A stretch of 64,000 nucleotides of DNA from a virus (IMGVR_UViG_3300033463_000024); one strand, 5' to 3'. Positions 18,633-28,536 are shown, counted from the first letter of the stretch. The notes: generated by a model from the sequence alone, not told the origin. Program-made: numbers and translations.

Positions 18633-18812
18633 TTAGTCGTCGTCATCATGGAACAGGTTGAACGGATCGAGAACGTCCTTTACGACCTTTTCCGTGTCAT
18701 CGGCTACACATTTCGCGCCGCGCACGCCCGCCTTGGTGGCAGAAGATGCGACATCAGCAACGGCATCAGCCGTATCCGCAATAGTTCCAACGATTCCACT
18801 AAGAATACCCAT
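18633..18812 (-). CDS. small protein (59 aa), Ala/Asp-rich
   Basis: AAGGAG SD 8 nt before ATG 18812. Confidence 0.45.
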   Translation of the reverse strand: MGILSGIVGTIADTADAVADVASSATKAGVRGAKCVADDTEKVVKDVLDPFNLFHDDDD

Positions 18813-18814
18813 AA

Positions 18815-19077
18815 TCAAGTCTCCTTGTTGTTAGTTCCCGGAAGCGCCGGGAAGCGCCATGAAGCTATTTCATAAACATCATATTCGATGCAGAAATCTT
18901 CGTTCTTAGGATCATAGTCAAAACAGTCGAATTCCTCGTCATAAAGGAGTTTCACCGTCTTGACTGTCCCATCAAACATCTTGAATTCGACAGGGACTAT
19001 CCACGACTTGTCCCATTCCAGTTCATGGTCAAACGGTCCGCATTCAGTGAAATCAGAATGCCATTCAGTGTCTATCA
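18815..19077 (-). CDS. hypothetical protein (87 aa)
   Basis: GGAGG SD before ATG 19077; the longer ORF's N-terminus overlaps gene 19080..19298 in another frame. Confidence 0.45.
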
Positions 19078-19079
19078 TT

Positions 19080-19298
19080 CTATTCCTCCGTATCCAGGTG
19101 GCTGTCGACCCATTCGGTACCGCACAGGATATCAATGGCATAATACAGACCCATTTCAAACCCCTTGGCGAATGAATGACGGTCAAGGGACGGGTCCTTT
19201 GCACTCTCGCACCGGAAATCACTGCTTCCTTCGCGTAGGGTCCGGTATTTCTTAATGTGTTCCAGGAACTTCTTGATGTCTTCTTCCTCAACTACCAT
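19080..19298 (-). CDS. hypothetical protein (72 aa)
   Basis: AGGAG SD. Confidence 0.45.
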   Translation of the reverse strand: MVVEEEDIKKFLEHIKKYRTLREGSSDFRCESAKDPSLDRHSFAKGFEMGLYYAIDILCGTEWVDSHLDTEE

Positions 19299-19306
19299 AA
19301 TTTCTC

Positions 19307-19753
19307 CTAGATAAGCGGTATAATAGGAAACAGGTCATCGTCATCAATCCACACATCTATCGGAAGACAATCGCGAAGGATGGACACATCACTAATAAAT
19401 TGCCACTTGTAATCATATTTTAACCTATCCCTGATTCTTACCAAGTATTCCTTGCCATGGGACATGCGAATCGGGTTCCAATAATTGGGCCTGTGGCTAT
19501 CTGTTGAAATCGGCTTGCTAAACCAATGCGTAAATGGCAAATGTTCAAGTTTCTCAATCGTCGTATCCGGGCGAACTTCAATCAAATCATAAGCTCCACC
19601 ATTGTCGGTAAACAGGTAATATCCACCCCCATACTGCATGCTCGGAATATGCAGAGTACAGTCTCCCCGGTGCAGCAAGTTCCACTCGTACGGGTTACCC
19701 GGTCGAGTCGGTTTCAGTAACAGTAATTCAATCTTCGGCCCTAAGCAACTCAT
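19307..19753 (-). CDS. hypothetical protein (148 aa)
   Basis: GAGGA SD. Confidence 0.5.
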   Translation of the reverse strand: MSCLGPKIELLLLKPTRPGNPYEWNLLHRGDCTLHIPSMQYGGGYYLFTDNGGAYDLIEVRPDTTIEKLEHLPFTHWFSKPISTDSHRPNYWNPIRMSHGKEYLVRIRDRLKYDYKWQFISDVSILRDCLPIDVWIDDDDLFPIIPLI

Positions 19754-19759
19754 ATTTCC

Positions 19760-20206
19760 TCAACTAGCTTCCTTGGTCGAAATTTGGCTTAGAATTCGCT
19801 GTACCCTTTTGGCGATATGCTTTCCGTCTATGGAGATATAATGGAAATTACCATCGTTTCTAATACTTTCCTTGTATTTGTTGTCATATCTGAAAAAATC
19901 AGTCCAATATGTCAAGTGTGGCAATTTACCGTCAGCTACACAGGTACAGTCATACACGAACGCAAGTTGGTCCTTATAATAATACCCTACCCTTTCCTTG
20001 TATGATGAAATATGTTTCTGTGTAAACTCGTACTTAGATGCTTCAACAAGCGAATCAATTTCTTTCTTGGTATCGAGATATTGCTGACTTGGTGCTAAGT
20101 TACGGAATTCTGGGTCTTTTGCCTTGGCCTTAGTATATTCTTCGAGGATTCCAGGATGTACAAGGCCAAGCCAACCTACAAAGTCTTCAGCATCTTTCTG
20201 ATTCAT
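19760..20206 (-). CDS. hypothetical protein (148 aa; MNQKDAEDFVGW...)
   Basis: start placed downstream of the promoter box; the longer ORF start would contain the promoter. Confidence 0.5.
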   Translation of the reverse strand: MNQKDAEDFVGWLGLVHPGILEEYTKAKAKDPEFRNLAPSQQYLDTKKEIDSLVEASKYEFTQKHISSYKERVGYYYKDQLAFVYDCTCVADGKLPHLTYWTDFFRYDNKYKESIRNDGNFHYISIDGKHIAKRVQRILSQISTKEAS

Positions 20207-20228
20207 CAAGTTCTCCTGTGTTATGTAC

Positions 20229-20284
20229 TCAATGTAGCATTGTTTCCTCCTGTTGGCAACTAGGAACATTTTTGCTACATTTGT
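20229..20284. promoter_or_regulatory. divergent promoter pair sharing a central GTTGGCAAC: minus AATGTAGCATT and plus TTTTTGCTACATTTG
   Basis: two consensus copies back to back; the plus ATG at 20288 is 4 nt after its box. Confidence 0.65.
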
Positions 20285-20287
20285 GAC

Positions 20288-20500
20288 ATGGACCAGAAAA
20301 CACCAAAACCAATAGAGCAATACGCCGTAATCGCCATATGCGAGATATGGACCATCAAGGTCAATGGAGTCGTTGAAACCAGATATCGTGACCCGTTTAA
20401 ATTTGTCGATACCGTGGAGGAGGCCGAAAAGATCATCCAATATGAAAAGGATGAATCAATCCTTCACCGCAAATGCGCATATAATACAAAAACTATATAA
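20288..20500 (+). CDS. hypothetical small protein (70 aa)
   Basis: immediately downstream of a consensus promoter. Confidence 0.5.
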   Translation: MDQKTPKPIEQYAVIAICEIWTIKVNGVVETRYRDPFKFVDTVEEAEKIIQYEKDESILHRKCAYNTKTI

Positions 20501-20502
20501 GA

Positions 20503-21798
20503 CTAGGCAAAAGTGTATATATTATAACACTTTTGTATATAATTTTTGCTGAAGACTGCATTCTGGATATAATCCTTAAGCAGGAACCGGTATTTCAGTC
20601 CCGATTCTTTAATTTTAGAGAAAAGTCCTTTCCAGTCCTCCACTGCAGCGAGTGTTTGCTTCCATTGCTCATCTCGGGGCTGAATATTGAATCTTGGATA
20701 GAACCATCCCTTTTCGAATTTCTTGTAAGCACGGCGTGCGATCTCTATCGAGGCGGCAATCATGTCCGGCGTATTCCCGTTCCCGTAGGCGAAGTTGCCT
20801 ACGACTGACGAGTACATCGGGTTGACCTCGACGATATCATACTTGTGAAGTTCGGCAAGCATCTTTAGCTTGGTTGTAAACAGCCTGCGTTCCCACTTGT
20901 TGTTGCATAGCCGGTTTACCTTCTTGCCTTTCTTGTGATCCTTCGGCTTGATGCTTAGATCCTCAATGGCGACCGTCCTGCATTTCCACACATCCACAAG
21001 TCGGGAAATCTCGTGTGCAATCGCAATCGTCTCGTGCCTTAGCTTGTTCGTAATGTACTTGGATGCGGAATCGCTGCTTGCCTTGCCGGAGGATACCGTT
21101 AATTTGCTCAAATCGAATACACGCTTGTGAAGCACCCTGAATTCATCGTTCTTGTCGAACTCTATTACGGAAAGCCCGATATAGCTGGGATTCATGTCGA
21201 TACCCAGTATTCGGTTACGCTTAAGCTTCTTGAACCTCGCATCGTATATCAGACTCTCATCGTAAGTAAGCCATACGTACTTTTCAGACAACTTAACCGA
21301 TACCGTTATCTTGTTTTGCTCCGCAAGCTCCTGCACCTTCGCAAGCTCGTTTGCTATCTTCTTCCGCATCGGAAGAAATTCTATGTCAACATGCCTGCCC
21401 CGGCATGGCTTGTACAAAATCTTCTGGTTATTTAAGTCGAAATCAAATAGACGATTTCCTTGATAGTTCGCCTGACCCTGTATTCCTACAGGAAACATCC
21501 TACGATATTTGAATGTTAGCTTGTCTATAATCCCGGTAAGGTACTGGTGAAGGTTGTTCTTGCCGCCGAACAGTATTCGCGTATCCCCGTTTAATTTATG
21601 CAAGGCAGCCGCTTCCTTGATCGCACACTGGATGAACCAACGGTTCGTTGCAAATAAATTATTACAGTACGCACGGACTTCCTTCTCGTCCATCCCATCC
21701 TGATAACGGTTGTAGGCAACGTGGACTATACTACTGAACACACGCATGTCGTCCAGCACATCTATCCTGTTGCTTATTGTCAGCTTAACCGTCTTCAT
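20503..21798 (-). CDS. TnpB-like (IS200/IS605 OrfB/Cas12-like) RuvC nuclease homolog lacking the zinc finger; RuvC-I GIDMN, RuvC-II IEDL and RuvC-III DMIAASIEIARRA are present
   Basis: 431-aa ORF; the three RuvC motifs are read from the translation, and there is no CxxC..CxxC between RuvC-II and RuvC-III. Confidence 0.6.
   Translation of the reverse strand: MKTVKLTISNRIDVLDDMRVFSSIVHVAYNRYQDGMDEKEVRAYCNNLFATNRWFIQCAIKEAAALHKLNGDTRILFGGKNNLHQYLTGIIDKLTFKYRRMFPVGIQGQANYQGNRLFDFDLNNQKILYKPCRGRHVDIEFLPMRKKIANELAKVQELAEQNKITVSVKLSEKYVWLTYDESLIYDARFKKLKRNRILGIDMNPSYIGLSVIEFDKNDEFRVLHKRVFDLSKLTVSSGKASSDSASKYITNKLRHETIAIAHEISRLVDVWKCRTVAIEDLSIKPKDHKKGKKVNRLCNNKWERRLFTTKLKMLAELHKYDIVEVNPMYSSVVGNFAYGNGNTPDMIAASIEIARRAYKKFEKGWFYPRFNIQPRDEQWKQTLAAVEDWKGLFSKIKESGLKYRFLLKDYIQNAVFSKNYIQKCYNIYTFA
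20507..20545. terminator. hairpin CAAAAGTGT-N10-ACACTTTTG followed by T/A-rich sequence; overlaps the 3' end of the TnpB-like ORF
   Basis: perfect 9-bp inverted repeat. Confidence 0.45.
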
Positions 21799-21813
21799 TT
21801 TTTCGATTTCTTA

Positions 21814-21853
21814 GGCAATTCTATTGCAAATATACTTCATTTTGCTATATTTG
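21814..21853 (+). promoter_or_regulatory. promoter-like box GGCAAT...CATTTTGCTATATTTG (plus orientation)
   Basis: variant of the consensus; about 130 nt upstream of ATG 21987. Confidence 0.4.
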
Positions 21854-21986
21854 TCAATAGTTTTATATGATTTTGAGATGTCAAAAATGGACAATGGGGC
21901 AATTTGCCGAATACATGCGACAGCAGTTTGAATATGTACATTCAGTATTCAGCAGTCACAGCCTATAAGGGCAGGGTTATGAAACT

Positions 21987-22805
21987 ATGGGAAGAATTCT
22001 AAACAAAATGTACATCTTGTCCGGTGGTGTCACCGGGGAAGACAAGCTCTCCTCCTACCGCTTCCTTACCAAGAAGATGCTCGACACCACCCCGCAATGG
22101 GGATACGTGTGCCCACTGTTCGACAAGGCGCTCGAAGTGGACAGCACCGGCCACAAGGTCGAGTACGGCAAGGATTCCTATGACGCCTACTGGCACACAT
22201 GGGACAATACCCTGTTGAAGGACCTGAACTGCAAGAGGGTCGCCAAGATCAACGAGAAGTGGGAATACCTCGACATCGAGCCGTTCCACGAGGGAAGCGT
22301 CGATGACTACCTCCGCGAACAGGGATACACGCGCAAGATTGGCGACTATGGCTCCGGATGGTACGACAAGGACCATGTCCCTCCCTTCAAGCTGGCCATA
22401 TTCAGCGCAATCCACCGCAAGCTCGAACTGGAATGGGACTTCAAGCGCAACCGCCACGCGGGCATCGTCCCGAACATGAAGAAGGACGAGCTCACAATCT
22501 ATACCGGCGAAGCCTCGCACTACTACGATGGCGAAATCGGCCACGTCCGCGTGGATGGCATGAAGGTCGTCATTGACCTGTACGACAGGACCTACACCTT
22601 CGGGAGCGAGACCGACCAGGGCTTCATCGACTTCGTTAAGCTCTGCCAGGATTCCAATGCGGCGATGCTCGACGCCACCTCAAAGGAAAAGTACAAGAAG
22701 GACCCCGAGTTCGACGAATGGCTCGCCAGGGGCAACGCACGCCAGCTTGCACGCCGGCAGGAACAGTTCGCCGAGATTTTCAACATGTACAAGGAGAACC
22801 CATGA
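21987..22805 (+). CDS. hypothetical protein (272 aa), first gene of a GC-richer plus-strand module
   Basis: long ORF with protein-like composition; the overlapping antisense ORFs are R/P/G-rich. Confidence 0.55.
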   Translation: MGRILNKMYILSGGVTGEDKLSSYRFLTKKMLDTTPQWGYVCPLFDKALEVDSTGHKVEYGKDSYDAYWHTWDNTLLKDLNCKRVAKINEKWEYLDIEPFHEGSVDDYLREQGYTRKIGDYGSGWYDKDHVPPFKLAIFSAIHRKLELEWDFKRNRHAGIVPNMKKDELTIYTGEASHYYDGEIGHVRVDGMKVVIDLYDRTYTFGSETDQGFIDFVKLCQDSNAAMLDATSKEKYKKDPEFDEWLARGNARQLARRQEQFAEIFNMYKENP

Positions 22806-23131
22806 CCAATATCCCCCTTATTGTCCATCTGGGTGACGGCTGTGTCATCGTAGGCACCCTCGTATCGTTCGAGCAGAACATTCCCGTGACTGTCTTACTC
22901 GACTGTCCCATCGTCCAGTTACCCGAGTCATCATGCCGGGTGTCCGTCCTGACCAATACCGTGGGGACCCTCAACTTCAACGCCAGACACGTAGTCAAGA
23001 TAGGGACCGACAAGGACCACATGGTCGAAATCAAGGCAGCGCTGGATGTCGTGCTTTACCTGACATCCCTGCTGGACCTAGAACACAAGGCCGGAAGTTC
23101 CGTTGAACAACTCTTACAACAAATCCACTAG
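22802..23131 (+). CDS. hypothetical protein (109 aa)
   Basis: AAGGAG SD; ATGA overlap with the previous gene. Confidence 0.5.
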   Translation: MTNIPLIVHLGDGCVIVGTLVSFEQNIPVTVLLDCPIVQLPESSCRVSVLTNTVGTLNFNARHVVKIGTDKDHMVEIKAALDVVLYLTSLLDLEHKAGSSVEQLLQQIH

Positions 23132-23139
23132 GAGGATTT

Positions 23140-23433
23140 ATGAAAGACTATAAAGAACTTATGGAACTTGGCAAAGAAGAAGTAGAACGTCTTTGCGAAA
23201 TCTACGACAAGGAAGTGATTTCCGTCAGTTGCCATAGAAACTGGCAAACGGGTGAAACCTATTACGATGAACCCGTTCCCGAAGGTGTAATACCTGTGTG
23301 CTATTTCTCAAATGCGACTCACTTTCTCCGTATGACACCGGTGTTTGAAAAGCTGTCTGAAACGCAGCTTGAACAACTTGGCTCATACAACAATGACAAA
23401 TACAGACCATCGTTCTTGGCATACCGTGATTAG
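23140..23433 (+). CDS. hypothetical protein (97 aa)
   Basis: AGGAGG SD. Confidence 0.5.
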   Translation: MKDYKELMELGKEEVERLCEIYDKEVISVSCHRNWQTGETYYDEPVPEGVIPVCYFSNATHFLRMTPVFEKLSETQLEQLGSYNNDKYRPSFLAYRD

Positions 23434-23472
23434 GCTGAGCGAGAGGGATAACTGGAAACCCGAGAGGAATAA

Positions 23473-24009
23473 ATGGAAAAATTTGACGTAATACCTGAAG
23501 CCGAAGATGCGCCAGTCCGTGGCGACTTCCCGAGAATCGGAAACAGCAACTACCGGTTCAACCTGTGGTACAAGTTTCCGAAGAAGATCAAAAAGCTGAG
23601 TGACGGGAAGAGATACGACAATTACCACGGAGACCACAACTTCGTATCCGATAAACTCATCGACTACATGAGAGAATCCATGTCCGGCATCAAGCTCATC
23701 GAGGCCTTCGACGAGCACGAGGACTACTGGTCTGGAAAGGTGCTGAAATCCTACAGAGTGGAAGCCTTCATTCCCGAACGAGAATGCGGAGTCGACACAG
23801 TCTACGCTCAGGAGAACATGAAGTCTTTCAAGGAGATCGCCTTCGAGAAGTCTGGCGAATGGATCGCCAAGATGCTAGAGAGGGCAGGCGCTTCCCTTGA
23901 CATCAAGAAGTGCCAAAAGCGCATCAAGAATCAGGAAGAAGAAGCCAAGGCGCTGATGGCGTCTTGTAAGGAGCTCTCTGATATCATCAATGACTGGCAG
24001 ACAAAATGA
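23473..24009 (+). CDS. hypothetical protein (178 aa)
   Basis: GAGAGGA SD. Confidence 0.5.
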   Translation: MEKFDVIPEAEDAPVRGDFPRIGNSNYRFNLWYKFPKKIKKLSDGKRYDNYHGDHNFVSDKLIDYMRESMSGIKLIEAFDEHEDYWSGKVLKSYRVEAFIPERECGVDTVYAQENMKSFKEIAFEKSGEWIAKMLERAGASLDIKKCQKRIKNQEEEAKALMASCKELSDIINDWQTK

Positions 24010-24177
24010 AATGCAAGGATGACTTCCGCAAGGTAATCAAGGAAGTCGAGGTGGAACTCTGATGAAGGACCTAGAAAACTACGAATCCGACTGGCTTCTC
24101 TGTGTCGCCGGCATCTTCGACGGTGACAAGACGCCATCCGGCTACGAAATCTTCTGGAAGAAATACTGGGACAGGCT

Positions 24178-24567
24178 ATGGCGAAAAGATATAGACGAAT
24201 GATTGATCCGGGCTACGAGAGCCCGTTCATATCGAGGATGCCGGGGATACCCGCCTCCATGGAGGACGACCGGGAACCGACATACGAATACAAGAACCGG
24301 CTGAGCGACGATGACGACATCTGGGAATGGGAAAAGCTCGAGGACGAGGACGATGACATCTGGGTGGAATACGGTGACGGATGGCACTCGGAAGAAGCCT
24401 TCATGGACCCGGATGCAAAAGCCGACTTCCCCGATGACTACCACAAGGGATGGCGGGATGATGACGATGATGACTCCACATCCGAGTCCATATCATCGGA
24501 CGATTGCAAGGAATTGTTTGGAATCTTTTTAGTAATAGTGATAATCATGATGGTCATCCTATGGTAG
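24178..24567 (+). CDS. highly acidic protein with a C-terminal transmembrane anchor (129 aa; D/E runs, ...[17 protein letters not shown])
   Basis: ORF; tail-anchor topology inferred from the sequence. Confidence 0.45.
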   Translation: MAKRYRRMIDPGYESPFISRMPGIPASMEDDREPTYEYKNRLSDDDDIWEWEKLEDEDDDIWVEYGDGWHSEEAFMDPDAKADFPDDYHKGWRDDDDDDSTSESISSDDCKELFGIFLVIVIIMMVILW

Positions 24568-24585
24568 ACCAAAGGAGTTAACTCG

Positions 24586-24933
24586 ATGTGTGAAATTGAC
24601 ACAGACGGACTCGATCGCGACCAGCGCAGATACATGGCATTCATGGATGCCGTCGAAAGGCACGGGCTGGATTGGGTAAAACGGGCATGGGATTTTGAAA
24701 TCTGCCCCAAGGAAATCGCCAAGAAGGCACTGGAACATGCAGGATGCAACTTCGACAAGATATGGACGCTTAATGCACGAATTGCCCACAATCCATACAC
24801 TGACCGTGACATGCTGACCGTAACATGGCTGACAGTCGCCTACTACCTTGAAAAGAAGGGAGTGATTAGCCTAAGAAACGTCGCCGAAGCCAAGGAACGG
24901 GTAGAGGAATATTGCCGCAAGGAAGGCCTCTAA
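24586..24933 (+). CDS. hypothetical protein (115 aa)
   Basis: AAAGGAG SD. Confidence 0.5.
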   Translation: MCEIDTDGLDRDQRRYMAFMDAVERHGLDWVKRAWDFEICPKEIAKKALEHAGCNFDKIWTLNARIAHNPYTDRDMLTVTWLTVAYYLEKKGVISLRNVAEAKERVEEYCRKEGL

Positions 24934-24937
24934 CTAT

Positions 24938-24972
24938 AAACTGCAAGGGTCACGAACCCTTGCAGTTTTACT
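24938..24972 (+). terminator. hairpin AAACTGCAAGGG-loop-CCCTTGCAGTTTTACT immediately before ATG 24973 (possible attenuator)
   Basis: 12-bp perfect stem followed by T-rich sequence. Confidence 0.5.
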
Positions 24973-25983
24973 ATGGAAAAGACCCAGATACAGTTCTCCA
25001 ACTTCATCGACAGAGTATGCGGCGAATTCGCCTGCATGGAGGCAGCAAAGCCCCTACAGGAGGGCTTCCGGTGCCTATGCGAGTCCATCCATACCGCAAG
25101 GGCCATAGAGGTGAGAAAGCAATTCAATCTCCTCATGGGACGTGTCAATGACTGGATTAAGAAGGAAAGGGAGCACCTCTCCAACGGCGGGCGCGGTGAC
25201 CCGATTACCGAACCGATTTTCATCGCAGAACACGAACTGACCGATCTCGACTGGGGCGACCCGGATGATTTCGACTTTTCCGACCCGGACAACCTGGACA
25301 AGATTGCCAACTTCGACAACGGGCTCACCATCCGCATATCGCTCGTCCCCGACGAATATAACGATACCGGCGCCCAATATTCCGTCGGGATGGACCTGGT
25401 CCAGATTACCATCCCCGACCTCGCCGCAGAGTGGATGCATGAATGCAGACGCACCAAGAATGCCTACCTCAAGGACAAGGCAATGCGCATCTGGAAAATG
25501 ATGCAGGAACTGAAGACCAGTGACCGGGTGACACTTGACATCCTTGACGGTGTCGAGACCCTCCTGAATACAGGTACGGCTATTGAAGCGATTACCCACG
25601 AGCTGACACACTACGTCCAGGAGAAGTGCGGCGAAATGCCTAACGCCGAGGAGGAAGTCGCCAAGTACGGAATCAAGCCCGAAGAATACGACCCGCATCT
25701 GCACCACGAGTTCCTTCCCTGGGAAATCGACGCCGATGTCCAGGGACACATCATCAGCTTCATCCGTATGAACTGGCTGCTCAGTCCGAACGAGATGGCC
25801 AAGAAGATTTACGACATGTTCATCCATTCCAAGAGGAATGAAGGAAGGATCCCCGAGGAACGCAGGAAACAGTGCTGGCAAACCGCTGCCTCACTGGCAC
25901 GCGCTGTCAACCTGGCCACTGAAAGAGACGGGTATGACGGCGCCGAAGAAATCATCAAGCACCTTGATGACTACGGGGTATAG
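24973..25983 (+). CDS. putative zincin-like metallopeptidase (HExxH: HELTHYVQE); N-terminal Cys-containing domain shared with 29292..31247
   Basis: HExxH with downstream Glu residues; local similarity IQFSNFIDRVCGEFACMEAAKPLQEGF versus VKFNAFLESVCNQFGCRDALRPLQQGF. Confidence 0.5.
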   Translation: MEKTQIQFSNFIDRVCGEFACMEAAKPLQEGFRCLCESIHTARAIEVRKQFNLLMGRVNDWIKKEREHLSNGGRGDPITEPIFIAEHELTDLDWGDPDDFDFSDPDNLDKIANFDNGLTIRISLVPDEYNDTGAQYSVGMDLVQITIPDLAAEWMHECRRTKNAYLKDKAMRIWKMMQELKTSDRVTLDILDGVETLLNTGTAIEAITHELTHYVQEKCGEMPNAEEEVAKYGIKPEEYDPHLHHEFLPWEIDADVQGHIISFIRMNWLLSPNEMAKKIYDMFIHSKRNEGRIPEERRKQCWQTAASLARAVNLATERDGYDGAEEIIKHLDDYGV

Positions 25984-25997
25984 AAGCCGGATACGTA

Positions 25998-26360
25998 CTA
26001 CTTCTTGATTCGTTTAATTTCTTTGATGTATTCGAACTCGTCGCACATTTCATCAGTCGCAACGTTTAAGCAGTATAGGCCAGTCAATTCGTCATCCGCA
26101 AACACTGCATCATCCCAGATTTCAGTGACTTTTTCTCCGTGTTCTTTGCCCCATGAGATTTTGTAGTGGACTTCTTGATATGGGTCGGTATGCTCCGCGT
26201 CCTTAAACATCACCGTCCCATCGACGTACTGCCTGGAGAGTTCTTTCGCTACCCGGTATACTTTCTTTCCAATATCAGAAGCCATGTCATCAATGCTGCC
26301 ATGGATTCCAAGCGCGGTTTTTGCTTCGGTGAAGAAATTATGAAGATTTTGATTTAGCAT
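25998..26360 (-). CDS. hypothetical protein (120 aa)
   Basis: AAGGAG SD 9 nt before ATG 26360; conserved promoter upstream. Confidence 0.5.
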   Translation of the reverse strand: MLNQNLHNFFTEAKTALGIHGSIDDMASDIGKKVYRVAKELSRQYVDGTVMFKDAEHTDPYQEVHYKISWGKEHGEKVTEIWDDAVFADDELTGLYCLNVATDEMCDEFEYIKEIKRIKK

Positions 26361-26396
26361 TACGGGTAGCTCCTTGGCATTGATATGTCTCATATA

Positions 26397-26429
26397 GAAA
26401 ACATAGCAAACTGGGCACCGTCCGGCAAC
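26397..26429 (-). promoter_or_regulatory. conserved promoter GTTGCC-N13-TTTGCTATGTTTTC
   Basis: consensus copy. Confidence 0.55.
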
Positions 26430-26515
26430 CCGTGGCTGTCGCAAGGAATGGCGGGTTATGCGGGGCGATAATGATACTATACAGACTACTGAGCTAATTC
26501 TATAAACTACAGATT

Positions 26516-27193
26516 ATGCAAGATATACATAGCGAAATAATTGGTACTGATGGAAAACAATATGATGGCGAGCAAGCAATCATATCACTTACATCATGGA
26601 AAGCACGGATTACAACCGTCGGGCTAACCTTATTTAGTCTCATATCGAATTGCCCTGGGTTTCATATTGTCCTGGTTTTATCGACCGATGAGTTTCCCCA
26701 AAAAATGCTGGAGATGCCAAATGATATCATACTATTGGCAAACTCTAAGAAGATAGAACTTTTATGGGTAAAAACTAATTTCAAATCATTCAAAAAAGTT
26801 TGCTTCACTATGCATAAATATCAAACAGTCCCCATCATTAGCGCAGATGATGATTGTATATATGTATGCAACTATGCACAAGAGCTATATAATGCGCATC
26901 TGAAAAATACAAACATACCAATCAATTATCGAAAATCAAAAATTCCGTTTTGCACATGTGGTCCAGCGACTTTATACCCGCCATCACTGTTTGGTTATAT
27001 ACTAAGTGAATTTGAACAATACACCACATCAAGCTATCAAGATGATGGATTCTTTGCCAATATATTTCAAAAGGCAGTTATCCAGCCATTAGCGATATCA
27101 ACTACATTTCCATGTTACTTTCATGATGAGGACAAACCGCTCACCGGCTCGGCTAAGGTGGCTGAATGGGTTCGCGATCAACGCTTCGCCTAA
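26516..27193 (+). CDS. putative GT-A-like glycosyltransferase paralog (IISLTSWKARI ... ADDD), in an AT-rich island
   Basis: paralog of 9844..10578. Confidence 0.5.
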   Translation: MQDIHSEIIGTDGKQYDGEQAIISLTSWKARITTVGLTLFSLISNCPGFHIVLVLSTDEFPQKMLEMPNDIILLANSKKIELLWVKTNFKSFKKVCFTMHKYQTVPIISADDDCIYVCNYAQELYNAHLKNTNIPINYRKSKIPFCTCGPATLYPPSLFGYILSEFEQYTTSSYQDDGFFANIFQKAVIQPLAISTTFPCYFHDEDKPLTGSAKVAEWVRDQRFA

Positions 27194-27195
27194 AA

Positions 27196-27855
27196 TCATT
27201 TAATGTTGGTTGCATATTTATGCATGTTGTATGAATCAGCAATAAACAATTCCATGTAAGTTAAATTGCTATGTTTGCAAAACTCATCAATACGAGTCGC
27301 ATACGAACGTTCCGTTCTATTATCCAAAATTAAGATATTCTTGAAATTATGCATTAAATACAGCATCAATGGCACTGACATCGAATCGGTATTTAATAGT
27401 AAATTACGATCGGTAACGCTATTTGTATTAGCTATGTGAGCACATCTATGTGAGCAAATGAATAATTTGTGATAATCCGTAAAACAACCTAAATATGACT
27501 TGAAATTCTTGTTAAATGCAGTCTCCGATATCCGCATCGCGGTCGTTGTATCATAAAACAAATCATTTACGATAACCACTTCATCGGAAGCTGGAATATG
27601 ATAACTAAGATCATGTCCATCAGTAACATGGGTTATATATACAAATTCGGCTGGATTAAAATGTAACGATAAATCATTGGACAAGCGTGGAATAAATGTA
27701 TTCCATACATAGTTTGTGGTCCAATGATGCTCATTAAACCTAAAATTACTATATGCTTCAGGTTCTTCATGAGTTAAATCAATGACGCCTGGCATTTTAT
27801 TCACAAGTTTGTAGTTAGGGGAATGAATTGCATACCGAATTATTTTATTTACCAT
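27196..27855 (-). CDS. hypothetical protein in the glycosyltransferase island (219 aa)
   Basis: AGGAGA SD 5 nt before ATG 27855. Confidence 0.45.
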   Translation of the reverse strand: MVNKIIRYAIHSPNYKLVNKMPGVIDLTHEEPEAYSNFRFNEHHWTTNYVWNTFIPRLSNDLSLHFNPAEFVYITHVTDGHDLSYHIPASDEVVIVNDLFYDTTTAMRISETAFNKNFKSYLGCFTDYHKLFICSHRCAHIANTNSVTDRNLLLNTDSMSVPLMLYLMHNFKNILILDNRTERSYATRIDEFCKHSNLTYMELFIADSYNMHKYATNIK

Positions 27856-28522
27856 AATATCTCCTAATGGCTTTAACACATGCATCACGTCGTCTTTCGT
27901 ATGGAATAGAGGTATATTGCTTACTTAGTGCAGTATCATTCTTTTTCATATCGATGAATAACGTTGATATTTCCGGAACAACCATCGGGGAAATGTTTTC
28001 ATGCGCCAGAACATCTGTTATCCATAAGTCGCTTGAACATATTACATCCATGTCTGCCGATGTTAAACTATACAGTAAATCATCCATGAACCACTTTGTG
28101 CTGTAAATCATGGCATAGCCATGAACATGTCTTCCCCAAGTTCCTGGCGTAAAATAATTTCTAGGATACGCTTCAAGTAATGATAACATAAATTCAGCAT
28201 AATTGGGTAGATATAACATATCATCATCGCCAGCAAGTATGGCATAATCATTGTGTTTATATCGCTGAATTGTAGGAATAACTTTTTTGAATGCCTTGGT
28301 GTTTTTTCCGGATATCCAATTTATTTCAAAAAACGGAAAATATGCTTTCGATAATAGGCGGATATCGGCGGGAAGCGCATCCATCGAAGAAAATTCGGCA
28401 GCCGATAAATTTAGAATTATCTTTTTTGGCTTAATAGTCTGTGTTAATAAGCTGAAAATGGATGGTCCAGCATCTTTGACACGTCCTTTCCATGAAGTCA
28501 TTGATACAATATAATCTTTCAT
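27845..28522 (-). CDS. putative GT-A-like glycosyltransferase paralog (IVSMTSWKGRV ... GDDD)
   Basis: third family member. Confidence 0.5.
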   Translation of the reverse strand: MKDYIVSMTSWKGRVKDAGPSIFSLLTQTIKPKKIILNLSAAEFSSMDALPADIRLLSKAYFPFFEINWISGKNTKAFKKVIPTIQRYKHNDYAILAGDDDMLYLPNYAEFMLSLLEAYPRNYFTPGTWGRHVHGYAMIYSTKWFMDDLLYSLTSADMDVICSSDLWITDVLAHENISPMVVPEISTLFIDMKKNDTALSKQYTSIPYERRRDACVKAIRRYYGK

Positions 28523-28536
28523 ACGGCCACACCCCG

